From: an uncultured Gaiellales bacterium
GTDB taxonomy: Bacteria > Actinomycetota > Thermoleophilia > Gaiellales > Gaiellaceae
Length of the DNA stretch: 64,000 nt
Reading direction: 5' to 3'
Assembly (NCBI GenBank): GCA_964436315.1
Contig: CAYTCZ010000001.1
Location: forward strand, 8,741-72,740
This document shows, piece by piece, positions 27,689-36,577 of the stretch. The notes beneath the pieces are model-generated. The model made no database searches. It saw only the letters and a program-made list of their open reading frames with translations, and was not told the DNA's origin. The first letter of the stretch is position 1; every line of letters begins with the position of its first letter. The position numbers and the translations under genes were made by a program.

Positions 27689-28504
27689 TCACTTCGGAAC
27701 ACGCGTCCTTGCGCCGTTGCAATCGTTGGCTATCAGCGCCTCCATCCACGCGATCAGATGCTCGCTCTTCTCGTCGAGCTTGCCTTCGACAGCTCGGTTG
27801 AGGGCCGCGATCGCCGGCGGCGCGGACTCTGTCTCGGACGACTCCTCCTCCCTGTCGGGGCGAACTACTTCCAGCGTAGGGTAATGGCAGTGGAACACCA
27901 TCAGACACCGCACGTCTCGCTTCGACTTCCGTGCCAGCTCTTCGAGTTTCTCGAGGCTCTTCCGCGAGGGAGCAGGCCCGGACATGGTGTCAGCGAGAGG
28001 CACGCAATCTTTGTCTCGTTTCTCGAAGCCGACCGGTATGCAGGGATTGAGCTCTCGGCTGCAGTAGGTGGCCTCCGTCCCCACGACGACCTTCAGTGTC
28101 CAGGGGGTCCCCCGAGGGTCCGTCACCCCGTACTCCATCTCCACCCTCACGTCTTCGGGGAGGCTCCCATCGCCCTCCCAGTCGGACGTCTCTAGAAAAT
28201 CGGGCCAAGGCTCCGGTTTGTCGGTCTCGTCATCGTCGTCGAACGAATGTGTCGTCGGTGCGACGGGACCCGGTTGCGACCGGACTGGCGACTTTGGCAG
28301 GGTCGCCGCCCCCGGACTGTCGGGCGCCGGCTCCGCCACCTCCGGTTTTCGCTCACCTTCGATGGACATCTCCGCCACTTCCACCGCCACCGGGCTCGTC
28401 GCTTGCGCAACTTCCGTGCCTCTTCCGTCGCACGCGCTCATCCACAGGAGTGCCACCGCGCACGCGCCCACTACGTTGCCCACCGTCCTGCTGTCGTTCT
28501 TCAT
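27689..28504 (-). CDS. Lipoprotein (271 aa), function unknown
   Basis: MKNDSRTVGNVVGACAVALLWMSA-C-DG signal peptide with lipobox. Acidic Pro-rich linker followed by a Cys-containing globular part. GGGGAGG precedes ATG 28504. Confidence 0.55.
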   Translation of the reverse strand: MKNDSRTVGNVVGACAVALLWMSACDGRGTEVAQATSPVAVEVAEMSIEGERKPEVAEPAPDSPGAATLPKSPVRSQPGPVAPTTHSFDDDDETDKPEPWPDFLETSDWEGDGSLPEDVRVEMEYGVTDPRGTPWTLKVVVGTEATYCSRELNPCIPVGFEKRDKDCVPLADTMSGPAPSRKSLEKLEELARKSKRDVRCLMVFHCHYPTLEVVRPDREEESSETESAPPAIAALNRAVEGKLDEKSEHLIAWMEALIANDCNGARTRVPK

Positions 28505-28666
28505 GTCCGCCTCCCCGGTCGCCGGTCGCCTCCCGTGGACCGTAACGCCTCATCCGGTACAAACCGTGCCCGGCGCGATCGACTAGAGTAAAGGCTGCGG
28601 TCTTCTGTTGGGTGATGTCGTCTCATGGAAAGGAGGCCCGGCGGCATCGACTCAGCGGCAATCGAC

Positions 28667-31021
28667 TCATTCCTGCGAGCGCGCGCGGTTGCGTTCAGCA
28701 ACGCGCACCTGCAGCGTCTGCCGAATCTGAGTGTAGAGGCGAGCGTTCTCGTTCTCACGGTCGCGAATCTTCACGACCAACGCGTACGCTTCGAGTTGCT
28801 CGACTACGGACTCGCCCCAGTACGGGTCGTTCCGCGTGACGACCACGAACATTCGATTGTCGCGCCGTTTCGCCGTGGGGGATTTGAATGTCCATCGTGA
28901 ACACTGGACGGTGCCTTTGTTCCGCCTCGTCGTCGGGTGCGAACGCCCGGTATCCAACTCGGAAATCGTTTCGTGCTCGTCGTCGTCAGTGGCTGCGTCA
29001 AACGCCTTCTTCGCGTCTGCCAGGGACGGCGCTTCAATCAAATGAAAGTAGATTTTCGCAGCCCGGTAGTCAGCACGCGTGGAACGAACGGGCGGTGTGT
29101 ACGCCAGCGAGACGACGACCTCCCGACGTCTGAGCCCCGCACTGAAGAAGTCCGCGGGCACCGGAAGCTCGAAGAAGTGGTGCTGCTTGTTCGCGATCTT
29201 TTCGCGGACGAGCAGACAAACATCGTCCTCCGCGGACCGGAACAACGTGTCGTCGTCGACCACTCCGTAGCCGCACAGGCGGGCCACGCGTTCGTGGTCG
29301 CTGGCAGTTGGTTTTGCGTTGTAGTGCAGGAGGTCGACCGATTCGGGCGATGGCGCTGCGTTAGCGACCAGAAGCGCCCGGGCGAGGTCTGGGGTCATGT
29401 CATCGTACTCTCCGAAGAGTCTCGTCGCGAGGTGAGCGACGTGCGGCGCCGCGAAGCTCGTCCCTGCCATCTCCGTGAGCGGCTTACCCGAAGCGAAGTT
29501 GATCGACAGCGTCAGTCGCCCGAGTCCTCGCTCGGTGCTTTGCTTGCTATACCGATCGACCACCGAATTGCCACCTACCGCCACCAGGTCGGGCTTCATG
29601 GCGCCACCGATCGACGGCCCGCAACGAGTGAACGGAGACGGCTGGCCGCGCATCGCAATCGGAATCTCTTCGATGGTTTCTTTTCCCCTTGCTGCTTGAC
29701 GAGTTGCGCTTCTACCACGCTCCCTCTCCGCGATGGATCCGACAGTCAGGGCGTTCAGGGATGTGCCGGGATCCGCAACCCGCTGTTCGAGGAGGTAGTC
29801 GGGGTAGTCGGCAGCCTGGTCAAGAAAAGGTGGGGCGTTGCCCGCCGGCACGACGAATAGAACACCTTCTTTCCGAGACAGCTCGTCGAGGGTGACGGCG
29901 AGGGGGCGCAGGCCCCTGCCGTCGAATGCGAGACGCGCGTCCGAGATGGATAGGACGAACACTCGGCAGGCATACTCCTCCCGAAACTCACGGACCGCCG
30001 CGATCACACGATTCTCGATAAACTCGTTGTCATATGAATTGTCGTCTTCCAGAACCTTCCCGCTGAGGATGGTCAGTTGCGGGGCGAAGGAGAGCGACTC
30101 GAGGCGCGCCTCGACATCGCCATACAGGCCTATCCCTGCCACCGCTGTGCCGTGCCCATGCTTGTCAGCGGGGTCGGTGATGCCTTCGTGGAACGACTGG
30201 GTATCGCCGACTGCAGGCGCGAGGAGCGGATGGTTCGCGACTATCCCACTATCGAGCACTCCGAGTGCGGGCGCGTCAGCGGGCGGGCGGGGGATCTCGT
30301 CTAGCTCGGAGATGGCGATGTCGAGCAGAGCTGGCTCGAAGCTGTATGTCGGCGGCAGGTCTACGAGTCGGACATCGCGATGCTCGAGAAGCCAATCCAA
30401 GTCCGCCTCCCGCACGGAAAGCCGGAAGATGGTCATGGCATCGAGCCGCAGCGTGCCCTTTACTGTGAGTTCTCTCTCTCGGAGATGTTTCTGAAACGAT
30501 GACTCGATTTCCTCGCGGTCTCTCAGCAGCGGCCAGAGCTCCACGTCGACCAGGAACGGAGAATCGCTCGGGACTCCTTCGCGCGATAGGAGCTGTCCCA
30601 TGCGATCGTTTCGAGTCCACGTCCCCATGCGGTCGAGCGCGAAGAGCAACGCCTTTCGGGTCGGAATGCTCCCGCCAATGAGTTGCTCGATCCGCGAGCG
30701 GAACGTCAACAGACCGTGTTCATCCGCAAAGACGAGGACGACATCATCCCCCGCCTGAGAGACGAATTCTACGCCGCTTATGAACTCGAAATCCGTGGGA
30801 CGGAGGCGATGACCGACGGTCAACTTCAGCAAGAGCCTGGAATCGTAGCCCGGGTGAAGAGCTCCGGCCTCGTGCGTCGCCTCTTGGAACTCCTTGGCCA
30901 ACGATCGCCCATACGATCGAATGTCAGCGGGAGTCTCGGGGCCACGAGGAGGCTGCCCTGAGCGACGGTTCGTCTCGAAGTTCTCTCGCTGGAATTTCAG
31001 GTGTTCGTACGAATCGGCCAT
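28667..31021 (-). CDS. ietS: S8 (subtilisin-family) serine peptidase with unknown N- and C-terminal domains, IetS-like (784 aa)
   Basis: Catalytic triad contexts LGVLDSGIV (Asp), KHGHGTAVAGIG (His) and GTSFAAPHVAHLA (Ser). Lies 30 nt downstream of an AAA+ gene on the same strand. Confidence 0.8.
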   Translation of the reverse strand: MADSYEHLKFQRENFETNRRSGQPPRGPETPADIRSYGRSLAKEFQEATHEAGALHPGYDSRLLLKLTVGHRLRPTDFEFISGVEFVSQAGDDVVLVFADEHGLLTFRSRIEQLIGGSIPTRKALLFALDRMGTWTRNDRMGQLLSREGVPSDSPFLVDVELWPLLRDREEIESSFQKHLRERELTVKGTLRLDAMTIFRLSVREADLDWLLEHRDVRLVDLPPTYSFEPALLDIAISELDEIPRPPADAPALGVLDSGIVANHPLLAPAVGDTQSFHEGITDPADKHGHGTAVAGIGLYGDVEARLESLSFAPQLTILSGKVLEDDNSYDNEFIENRVIAAVREFREEYACRVFVLSISDARLAFDGRGLRPLAVTLDELSRKEGVLFVVPAGNAPPFLDQAADYPDYLLEQRVADPGTSLNALTVGSIAERERGRSATRQAARGKETIEEIPIAMRGQPSPFTRCGPSIGGAMKPDLVAVGGNSVVDRYSKQSTERGLGRLTLSINFASGKPLTEMAGTSFAAPHVAHLATRLFGEYDDMTPDLARALLVANAAPSPESVDLLHYNAKPTASDHERVARLCGYGVVDDDTLFRSAEDDVCLLVREKIANKQHHFFELPVPADFFSAGLRRREVVVSLAYTPPVRSTRADYRAAKIYFHLIEAPSLADAKKAFDAATDDDEHETISELDTGRSHPTTRRNKGTVQCSRWTFKSPTAKRRDNRMFVVVTRNDPYWGESVVEQLEAYALVVKIRDRENENARLYTQIRQTLQVRVAERNRARSQE

Positions 31022-31051
31022 GTCATCCCCCGTTCAGGCTCGAAGCAATTC

Positions 31052-32047
31052 TCAGGTAGCGGTCTCCGACGATGCGCGTCGCGCAGCCTCTTTCTGAAGC
31101 GCCAGTTCCAGGTGGCGCAAGCGCAGAAAGTCTCCCCCTCCCACGACCATCTCCTTCACGCTGCGGATGAGCACGCGCTCGATGTCGGCGAACGACCACC
31201 CTGCAAACCATTCCGCGACGGGAATGGTATCCAGATCCATGTCCAACCGCACTCCGCGCAGCCGGCGACGTACGAACTCTACGATCTCGCCGTCATCCGG
31301 CGGAGCGAACAGCAGGACCTCTTCGAAACGACGCCACACCGCCGGGTCGAGCATCCTTTCGTGGTTGGTCGCTGCCACAATCAGGCTTTCGCCCGTGTAA
31401 TCGTCCATCATCTGAAGGACGGAGTTCACGACGCGACGCAGCTCTCCGTGGTCACTTCCATCGGCCCTCGCCTTCCCGATCGCGTCGAACTCGTCGAAGA
31501 GCGCGACGCATGGTGCTTTCTCGATGAAATCGAAAATGCCGCGCAGGTTGGCCGCGGTCTGCCCGAGGAACGACGAGACGACGCCGTCGATGCGGATCAC
31601 CGCCAACGGCAGATCGAGCTCGTATGCGAGCGCCTCGGCCGAGGCCGTCTTCCCACACCCCGGTGGACCATAGAACAGCATCTTCGAAACGGGTCTCAGA
31701 CCGTACGACGAGAGTTCCTCACGTCGTCGGCACTCCAGCAGCACTGACTCGATGGTCTCGCGGGTGGGATTCGCGAGAATGAGGTCGTCGAGCTGCCGGG
31801 CCGGTTCCCGAAGGGTTAGCAGTGGTAGCCCACGCTCCGAGTCTGTCGGGATCTCGTGGGTGAACCGTTCGGACCGCGACTGGTCCCGGGATCGACCGTA
31901 CAGAATCCGCTCGAGGTCGTTCGCCAGCAGATGATGTTGCTTCTGCCGCTCCTGCCGGATCACCTCTTCCGCGGCCTCACGGAAGGAGTCCCGGTCTCCA
32001 TCGGACCCGGCACGCACCAGTTTTCGCAGCAGTTTTCCAGACGCCAT
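31052..32047 (-). CDS. ietA: AAA+ ATPase (classic single-module AAA), IetA-like (331 aa)
   Basis: Walker A GPPGCGKT, Walker B VALFDEFDAIG, second region of homology VAATNHERMLDPAVWRRF. Confidence 0.8.
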   Translation of the reverse strand: MASGKLLRKLVRAGSDGDRDSFREAAEEVIRQERQKQHHLLANDLERILYGRSRDQSRSERFTHEIPTDSERGLPLLTLREPARQLDDLILANPTRETIESVLLECRRREELSSYGLRPVSKMLFYGPPGCGKTASAEALAYELDLPLAVIRIDGVVSSFLGQTAANLRGIFDFIEKAPCVALFDEFDAIGKARADGSDHGELRRVVNSVLQMMDDYTGESLIVAATNHERMLDPAVWRRFEEVLLFAPPDDGEIVEFVRRRLRGVRLDMDLDTIPVAEWFAGWSFADIERVLIRSVKEMVVGGGDFLRLRHLELALQKEAARRASSETAT

Positions 32048-32185
32048 CTAGCGAGCCCTCTCTTCGCCACCCACTACCTTGACACAGGGAGCGGGGCGAG
32101 GCGAGCGAATTGGAGTCCCGCCGCCAGCCGTTCGGCCCGTTCGCCGGCTGCGCCGTGAGCAGACGCTTTCGGTGGCACGGCGTCT

Positions 32186-32257
32186 AGCCGGGCGGGACGC
32201 CCGCTCACCGAGGTCGGTGGCATGGCCTCGAGCCGGGCGGGGACGCCCGCTCACCGA
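32186..32257. repeat. Two copies of a ~26-nt GC hairpin unit (AGCCGGGCGGG(G)ACGCCCGCTCACCGA) in the gap upstream of ietA
   Basis: Copies at about 32186-32211 and 32231-32257. Each contains a CGGGCG-GGA-CGCCCG stem-loop. Located between the stop of the 231-aa ORF and the ietA start. Confidence 0.6.
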
Positions 32258-32287
32258 TGTAGCGGGCATCCTGCCGTGTCGAGGCCG

Positions 32288-32983
32288 TCAGCCACTCGCG
32301 TCCCCCGCGGTTGTCCACAACACACGGTCCTCCTCGTCCCGAATCTCCACCTCGGCGTCAAAGACCGCGGGCAGCAGGGCGTTCGGAACGAGCGGCAAGA
32401 AGTCGCCGTGAGCCCGCTCCAGTTCAGCCAGTACGTCGGCATCGACCCGGAGGTCCGTCGCCGAGTCGTACGCGTCTTCGACCGTGAACGAGTACGATCT
32501 TCCGTCGAAACGACGTCGGATGATCATCGGCGGTGGCGGCTGCGCTGCGGCGAGGCGCCGACTCAGGATGACGAGGTACCTCCCCAGCGCGCCGAACTCG
32601 TCGTTCGCGGGTGTTGGTATCCGCTGGCTGACGAAGAGGCGAAATCCGAGTCCGGATTCCACGAACGCCTCATTGACCTGACTCCCCGTCGTCCTCGCGA
32701 TTCGATGTTCGGCTGCGGAAAGAATCTGTTCCAGCCGGGCCGGGTCCCGCAACACGGCGTCGGGGCCCACTACGTCCAGGTAGCTGTCTACGAAGTTGCC
32801 CCCTCTCGGTACCAGGATCTGCTCGACGAGTACCTCGCCACGCACCGGTTCGGCGACACGTTCTTGCTCGAGCGCGACCTCTTCCCCATCCGCGCCGTGA
32901 GCGTGAAACGCAGCGTTGACGCCGCTCGCCGATGACGTCTCGCCCGACGAAGAGCGTACCCTGTGTGCAAACGCGTAGATCAT
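32288..32983 (-). CDS. Hypothetical protein (231 aa)
   Basis: Protein-like composition. ATG 32983 overlaps the upstream ORF stop (ATGA). No motif recognised. Confidence 0.45.
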   Translation of the reverse strand: MIYAFAHRVRSSSGETSSASGVNAAFHAHGADGEEVALEQERVAEPVRGEVLVEQILVPRGGNFVDSYLDVVGPDAVLRDPARLEQILSAAEHRIARTTGSQVNEAFVESGLGFRLFVSQRIPTPANDEFGALGRYLVILSRRLAAAQPPPPMIIRRRFDGRSYSFTVEDAYDSATDLRVDADVLAELERAHGDFLPLVPNALLPAVFDAEVEIRDEEDRVLWTTAGDASG

Positions 32984-33336
32984 GCTGCGATTCGGCGCGG
33001 AGTATCAGCGTCGTCGGACTCGACGATCGTCGATGCCCCCCACGCTCTGGGGGTGGTCAACACTCTCCCGCGGGCAGGGACGAAAGGTCCCTCTACGAGA
33101 TCGAACGCCGCGCCTGACATCATCAGATGGTGCGGAGCCTCCTCGACGAGGAACCTGGCGTCCGCCAGAAAGACCCAGCCGTTCCCCCCCACCGGTCGAA
33201 GGTTCTCTAGAACGAGCGTGAACGGGACGGGAGTTCCATCGATTCGAACCGGAGCCGCATATCGCTTCTCCGGCGGCGCCGGACGTCGCTCAGGGTCGAA
33301 AGATACGGTGACGAGAACAGTCCTGTCATCAATCAT
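32980..33336 (-). CDS. Hypothetical protein (~118 aa)
   Basis: ATG 33336 (codon 14 of the track ORF) is preceded by GAGGGTG and overlaps the upstream stop by 8 nt. No motif recognised. Confidence 0.45.
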   Translation of the reverse strand: MIDDRTVLVTVSFDPERRPAPPEKRYAAPVRIDGTPVPFTLVLENLRPVGGNGWVFLADARFLVEEAPHHLMMSGAAFDLVEGPFVPARGRVLTTPRAWGASTIVESDDADTPRRIAA

Positions 33337-33652
33337 GGTCACCCTCGGTGATCTCGCAGCGGGCCAGTTGTTCAAAGCTCAGGAACCAGCCCGGGCCAAT
33401 CGAGTCCAGATTGCTATCGATATAGTACGCACCATCAGGAACGTACTCCAATACCTCGATCCGCAGCACACCCCCTCCACCTCCGAATCGAGCTGCCCAC
33501 CCCAGGGCGAACTCCACCGTCGTCGTCGCATACTTTCCGTCGTACGAACTCATCTCGCAGGGTCGCAACCTCCCTTCGCTACGAAAGTCAGCGAGTTCGG
33601 CGTCCTCGACCCATCGGAAGAACACCGCCGGAAACTGGTCTCCCTCAGCCAA
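33329..33652 (-). CDS. Hypothetical protein (107 aa)
   Basis: First ORF of a three-ORF coupled string. Sequence VFFRWVEDAELADFRSEG ... GKYATTTVEFALGWA ... VLRIEVLEY is protein-like but unassigned. Confidence 0.45.
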   Translation of the reverse strand: MAEGDQFPAVFFRWVEDAELADFRSEGRLRPCEMSSYDGKYATTTVEFALGWAARFGGGGGVLRIEVLEYVPDGAYYIDSNLDSIGPGWFLSFEQLARCEITEGDHD

Positions 33653-34007
33653 GTCGAGCCTTCTCGACCGCCTCGAGACCGACGCTCAGCGCCGAGGCTT
33701 CCTGGGCGACGAAGCCTTCGAGGTAGTCGCCGAAGCGGATGCCGAACTGGGGGTCGAGCTCGTTGTGCCACTGCTTGACCCAGGGGACGAGGTCGTGGAT
33801 GCCGGCGAGGACGAGGGTGAGGCGCTCGGGGTCGAAGCCGAACTCGTCGCGGGCCTGGTAGAAGAAGGTGGCGAGCGCTACGTCCGAAGAGAACGTGGCA
33901 TCACCGACTTGGAAAACCTCAGGTATGGCTTGATCTTGCAGGGACGGGATCGAAGTGTCAACCAGTGGAAGCCACAACGAAGACTGACGGCATGTTACAT
34001 ACCGCAT
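33645..34007 (-). pseudogene. Truncated duplicate of the pglX 3' end (last ~76 codons) fused to 43-44 unrelated N-terminal codons
   Basis: Residues 45-120 (LATFFYQARDEFGFDPERLTLVLAGIHDLVPWVKQWHNELDPQFGIRFGDYLEGFVAQEASALSVGLEAVEKARLG) are near-identical to the PglX C-terminus at 36350-36577. Nucleotide identity is high over about 228 nt. Confidence 0.75.
33648..33875. repeat. Direct repeat copy A (pglX 3' end)
   Basis: Aligned by eye to 36350-36577 in the same orientation, with a handful of mismatches. Confidence 0.8.
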
Positions 34008-34280
34008 CGCTCATTCTCGCGCAGTCGTTGGTCGCGAGGTCGCCCGCTCTCTGGCGGTCGATGCAGCGACGATGCATAGAAGTAGTCGCCGGGAAGGATG
34101 CCCACCCGGGTCGCCGCCGGAGGTGGCTGACAAAGTGTCTCTGGTGTTAATCTGGCGCGGGGCGAGGTTGATTGACCAAGGTCACTCTATGCCGTTTGGG
34201 TCCCCCCCCTCATGTACCGCGCACCGCGCGCGGTTGGCAGCGGCGATGCGCAAGTGTGAATCGTACGGAGAACCGAAGCG

Positions 34281-36014
34281 ATGCCTTTGACGTACAGAGC
34301 GGCACATGTCGCGGCGCTGCTCGACCAGCTGGAAGAGAAGTGCGCTGACGAGCTGGAGGGACAGGACCTCGACTTCAAGGAGTGGGATTCCAGCAGCATG
34401 AACAAGTCTGTGCGCACCGTCGTGGACATGGCGGTGTGCATGGCGAACGGTGGGGGCGGCACGGTTGTTTTCGGTGTGAAAGACAAGGTAGTGGGACGAA
34501 CGAATGCCGTGATCGGGATACCGAACGACGTGGACGTCGATCGGCTCAAGAGAGCGGTTTACGACAGAACGGACCCCAAGATCACCCCGTCGTTCGTCGA
34601 GATGACCGTTCCCGAAGGAACTGGACGGATCCTGGTGATGGAGATCAACGACGGGTTACCGCCTCATACCGATTCCTCGGGCCGGGGAACGATCCGGGTG
34701 GGAAGTGACTGCCAGCCCTTGACCGGCACAGTGCGGAGGACGATCGCCGTAGAGCGCGGGGAATCAGACTTCACGGCCGGCACGATCGACGGTGAGCTCG
34801 GAGCCATGCTGTCGCCATCGGCTCTGGCCCAGTTGCGGGAAGCGAGCGCGGCAGAACGCGTGCCCGATGATTTCCTCCGTCTCTCGGACGTCGAGTTGCT
34901 CGAGAACCTCCGGCTCACCCGCAACGGCCGGTTGACCCGTGCCGGTCTGCTCCTGGCCGGTCGCGCCGACGCGATCGCGAGGCACGTCGACAAGTATCGG
35001 TGGACGTTTCTCCGAATGCGCAGCGATGTCGAGTACGACGACAGGCTCGACGGTCACGACGCCTTGCCGCTTGCACTTCAGCAGATCGAAGCGCGACTCA
35101 TGGCGCACAATCCGTTGACGACGGTTCACGAGGGTCTGTTCCACTTCGAGTATCGGGTCTATCCAGAGATTGCCCTCCGGGAGGCGCTTCTGAACGCCTT
35201 CGCGCACGCCGACTTCCAAGTCCACTCCCCCATCATGATCAAGCTCTACCCCGACCGTCTGGAGATTTCGAACCCCGGTAGGTTCGTAGGGGGCATCTCG
35301 CCGTCCAACGTGTTGCATCATCCCCCCGTGGCACGAAATCCACTGCTCGTGGACGCCTTGCAGAAATTGAGGCTGGTGAACCGTAGCAATCTGGGTGTCC
35401 CGCGAATGTTTCGCGAGATGCTATCGCAAGGAAAGGAACCGCCGGTCATCGAAGAGCTAGGGAACAGTGTGCGTCTCGTGTTCCGAGCGAGCGAGTTCTC
35501 CGCAGCGTTTCGGACGTTCCTGGAAGAGCAGCACGCGGCCGGGGTCAACCTCAGCGTCGACCATCTGCTGATCCTTCACTTCCTCACGCGTCGCGCGGAA
35601 ATCGACACGGGGGAGGCTGCGCGAATTTGTCAGCGCTCCGAGGACGAAGCGCGAGAACGGCTGAGCCGAATGGAACTCGAATTGGGACTCTTGGAGCGCG
35701 GCGGAGGAGGCCGTGGGACCTACTGGCGACTTCGGAGCGAGGTGCACGAGCGCTTGGAGGCCGGGGGGGATGCCGAACGTGACCGCCGGATATCGTGGGA
35801 TGCCGCTAAGACCCGCATCCTGTCAGTGCTCTCCGAACGAGCGAAGGCTGGTGAGGGTATGTCGAACGAAGACGTACGTCGAATCGCGGCCCTCGACCGT
35901 TTCCAGGCGACGCGATTGCTCAACGAACTACGTGATGAGCACGGTGTCTATTGCGAGGGAGACCGTCGGTGGGCCCGGTGGTTTCATCCCGGCGCACGGA
36001 ACACCGAAGCCTGA
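34281..36014 (+). CDS. AlbA_2 (Schlafen-like divergent AAA) + HATPase_c_4 + C-terminal wHTH putative DNA-binding regulator (577 aa)
   Basis: LDFKEW ... VVDMAVCMANGGGGTVVFGVKDK (AlbA_2 pattern). REALLNAFAHADFQVHSPIMIKLYPDRLEISNPGRF (HATPase_c_4 pattern). ILHFLTRRAEIDTGEAARICQRSEDEARERL (wHTH-like). Confidence 0.75.
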   Translation: MPLTYRAAHVAALLDQLEEKCADELEGQDLDFKEWDSSSMNKSVRTVVDMAVCMANGGGGTVVFGVKDKVVGRTNAVIGIPNDVDVDRLKRAVYDRTDPKITPSFVEMTVPEGTGRILVMEINDGLPPHTDSSGRGTIRVGSDCQPLTGTVRRTIAVERGESDFTAGTIDGELGAMLSPSALAQLREASAAERVPDDFLRLSDVELLENLRLTRNGRLTRAGLLLAGRADAIARHVDKYRWTFLRMRSDVEYDDRLDGHDALPLALQQIEARLMAHNPLTTVHEGLFHFEYRVYPEIALREALLNAFAHADFQVHSPIMIKLYPDRLEISNPGRFVGGISPSNVLHHPPVARNPLLVDALQKLRLVNRSNLGVPRMFREMLSQGKEPPVIEELGNSVRLVFRASEFSAAFRTFLEEQHAAGVNLSVDHLLILHFLTRRAEIDTGEAARICQRSEDEARERLSRMELELGLLERGGGGRGTYWRLRSEVHERLEAGGDAERDRRISWDAAKTRILSVLSERAKAGEGMSNEDVRRIAALDRFQATRLLNELRDEHGVYCEGDRRWARWFHPGARNTEA

Positions 36015-36349
36015 CCCGGCACACTGTCAGAGGGCCAACCGAGCTCACCAGCGGTTCTCGACACGTGTGTACACGCTGCACAGGGAACGAGCCGCTCATG
36101 GCTCTCATAGCCAATCTCATAGATTTCATAGGAGTTCGATCGTGGCTGATTCCTCACCACGGCCCACGACCCCCTTCCTTACAATGCGAATTTCATCAAC
36201 AATATCAATCACATACAATTCAGCCACCCCGGATACATCCGAGCTGGAGGACGGCGGCGGGTTGGCCCCACCACGATGCGCTCTCTTAGAACGCTCTTGG
36301 AGTCTCATAGAAGACTTTTGGCGTTCCTGTCGCTGAATTGGCGTCGCCT

Positions 36350-36577
36350 CTACAGTCGAGCCTTCTCGACGGCCTCGAGCCCCACACCGAGCGCCGAGGC
36401 TTCCTGGGCGACGAAGCCTTCGAGGTAGTCGCCGAAGCGGATGCCGAACTGGGGGTCGAGCTCGTTGTGCCACTGTTTGACCCAGGGAACGAGGTCGTGG
36501 ATGCCGGCGAGGACGAGGGTGAGGCGTTCGGGGTCGAAGCCGAACTCGTCGCGGGCCTGGTAGAAGAAGGTGGCGAG
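36350..36577. repeat. Direct repeat copy B (authentic pglX 3' end)
   Basis: Partner of 33648-33875. Confidence 0.8.

Noticed and set aside
33648-36577. Mobile element bounded by direct repeats
   Set aside because: The repeats are 228-bp copies of a coding 3' end, far too long for a target-site duplication. No transposase or integrase lies between them. I report this as a duplication or recombination substrate instead.
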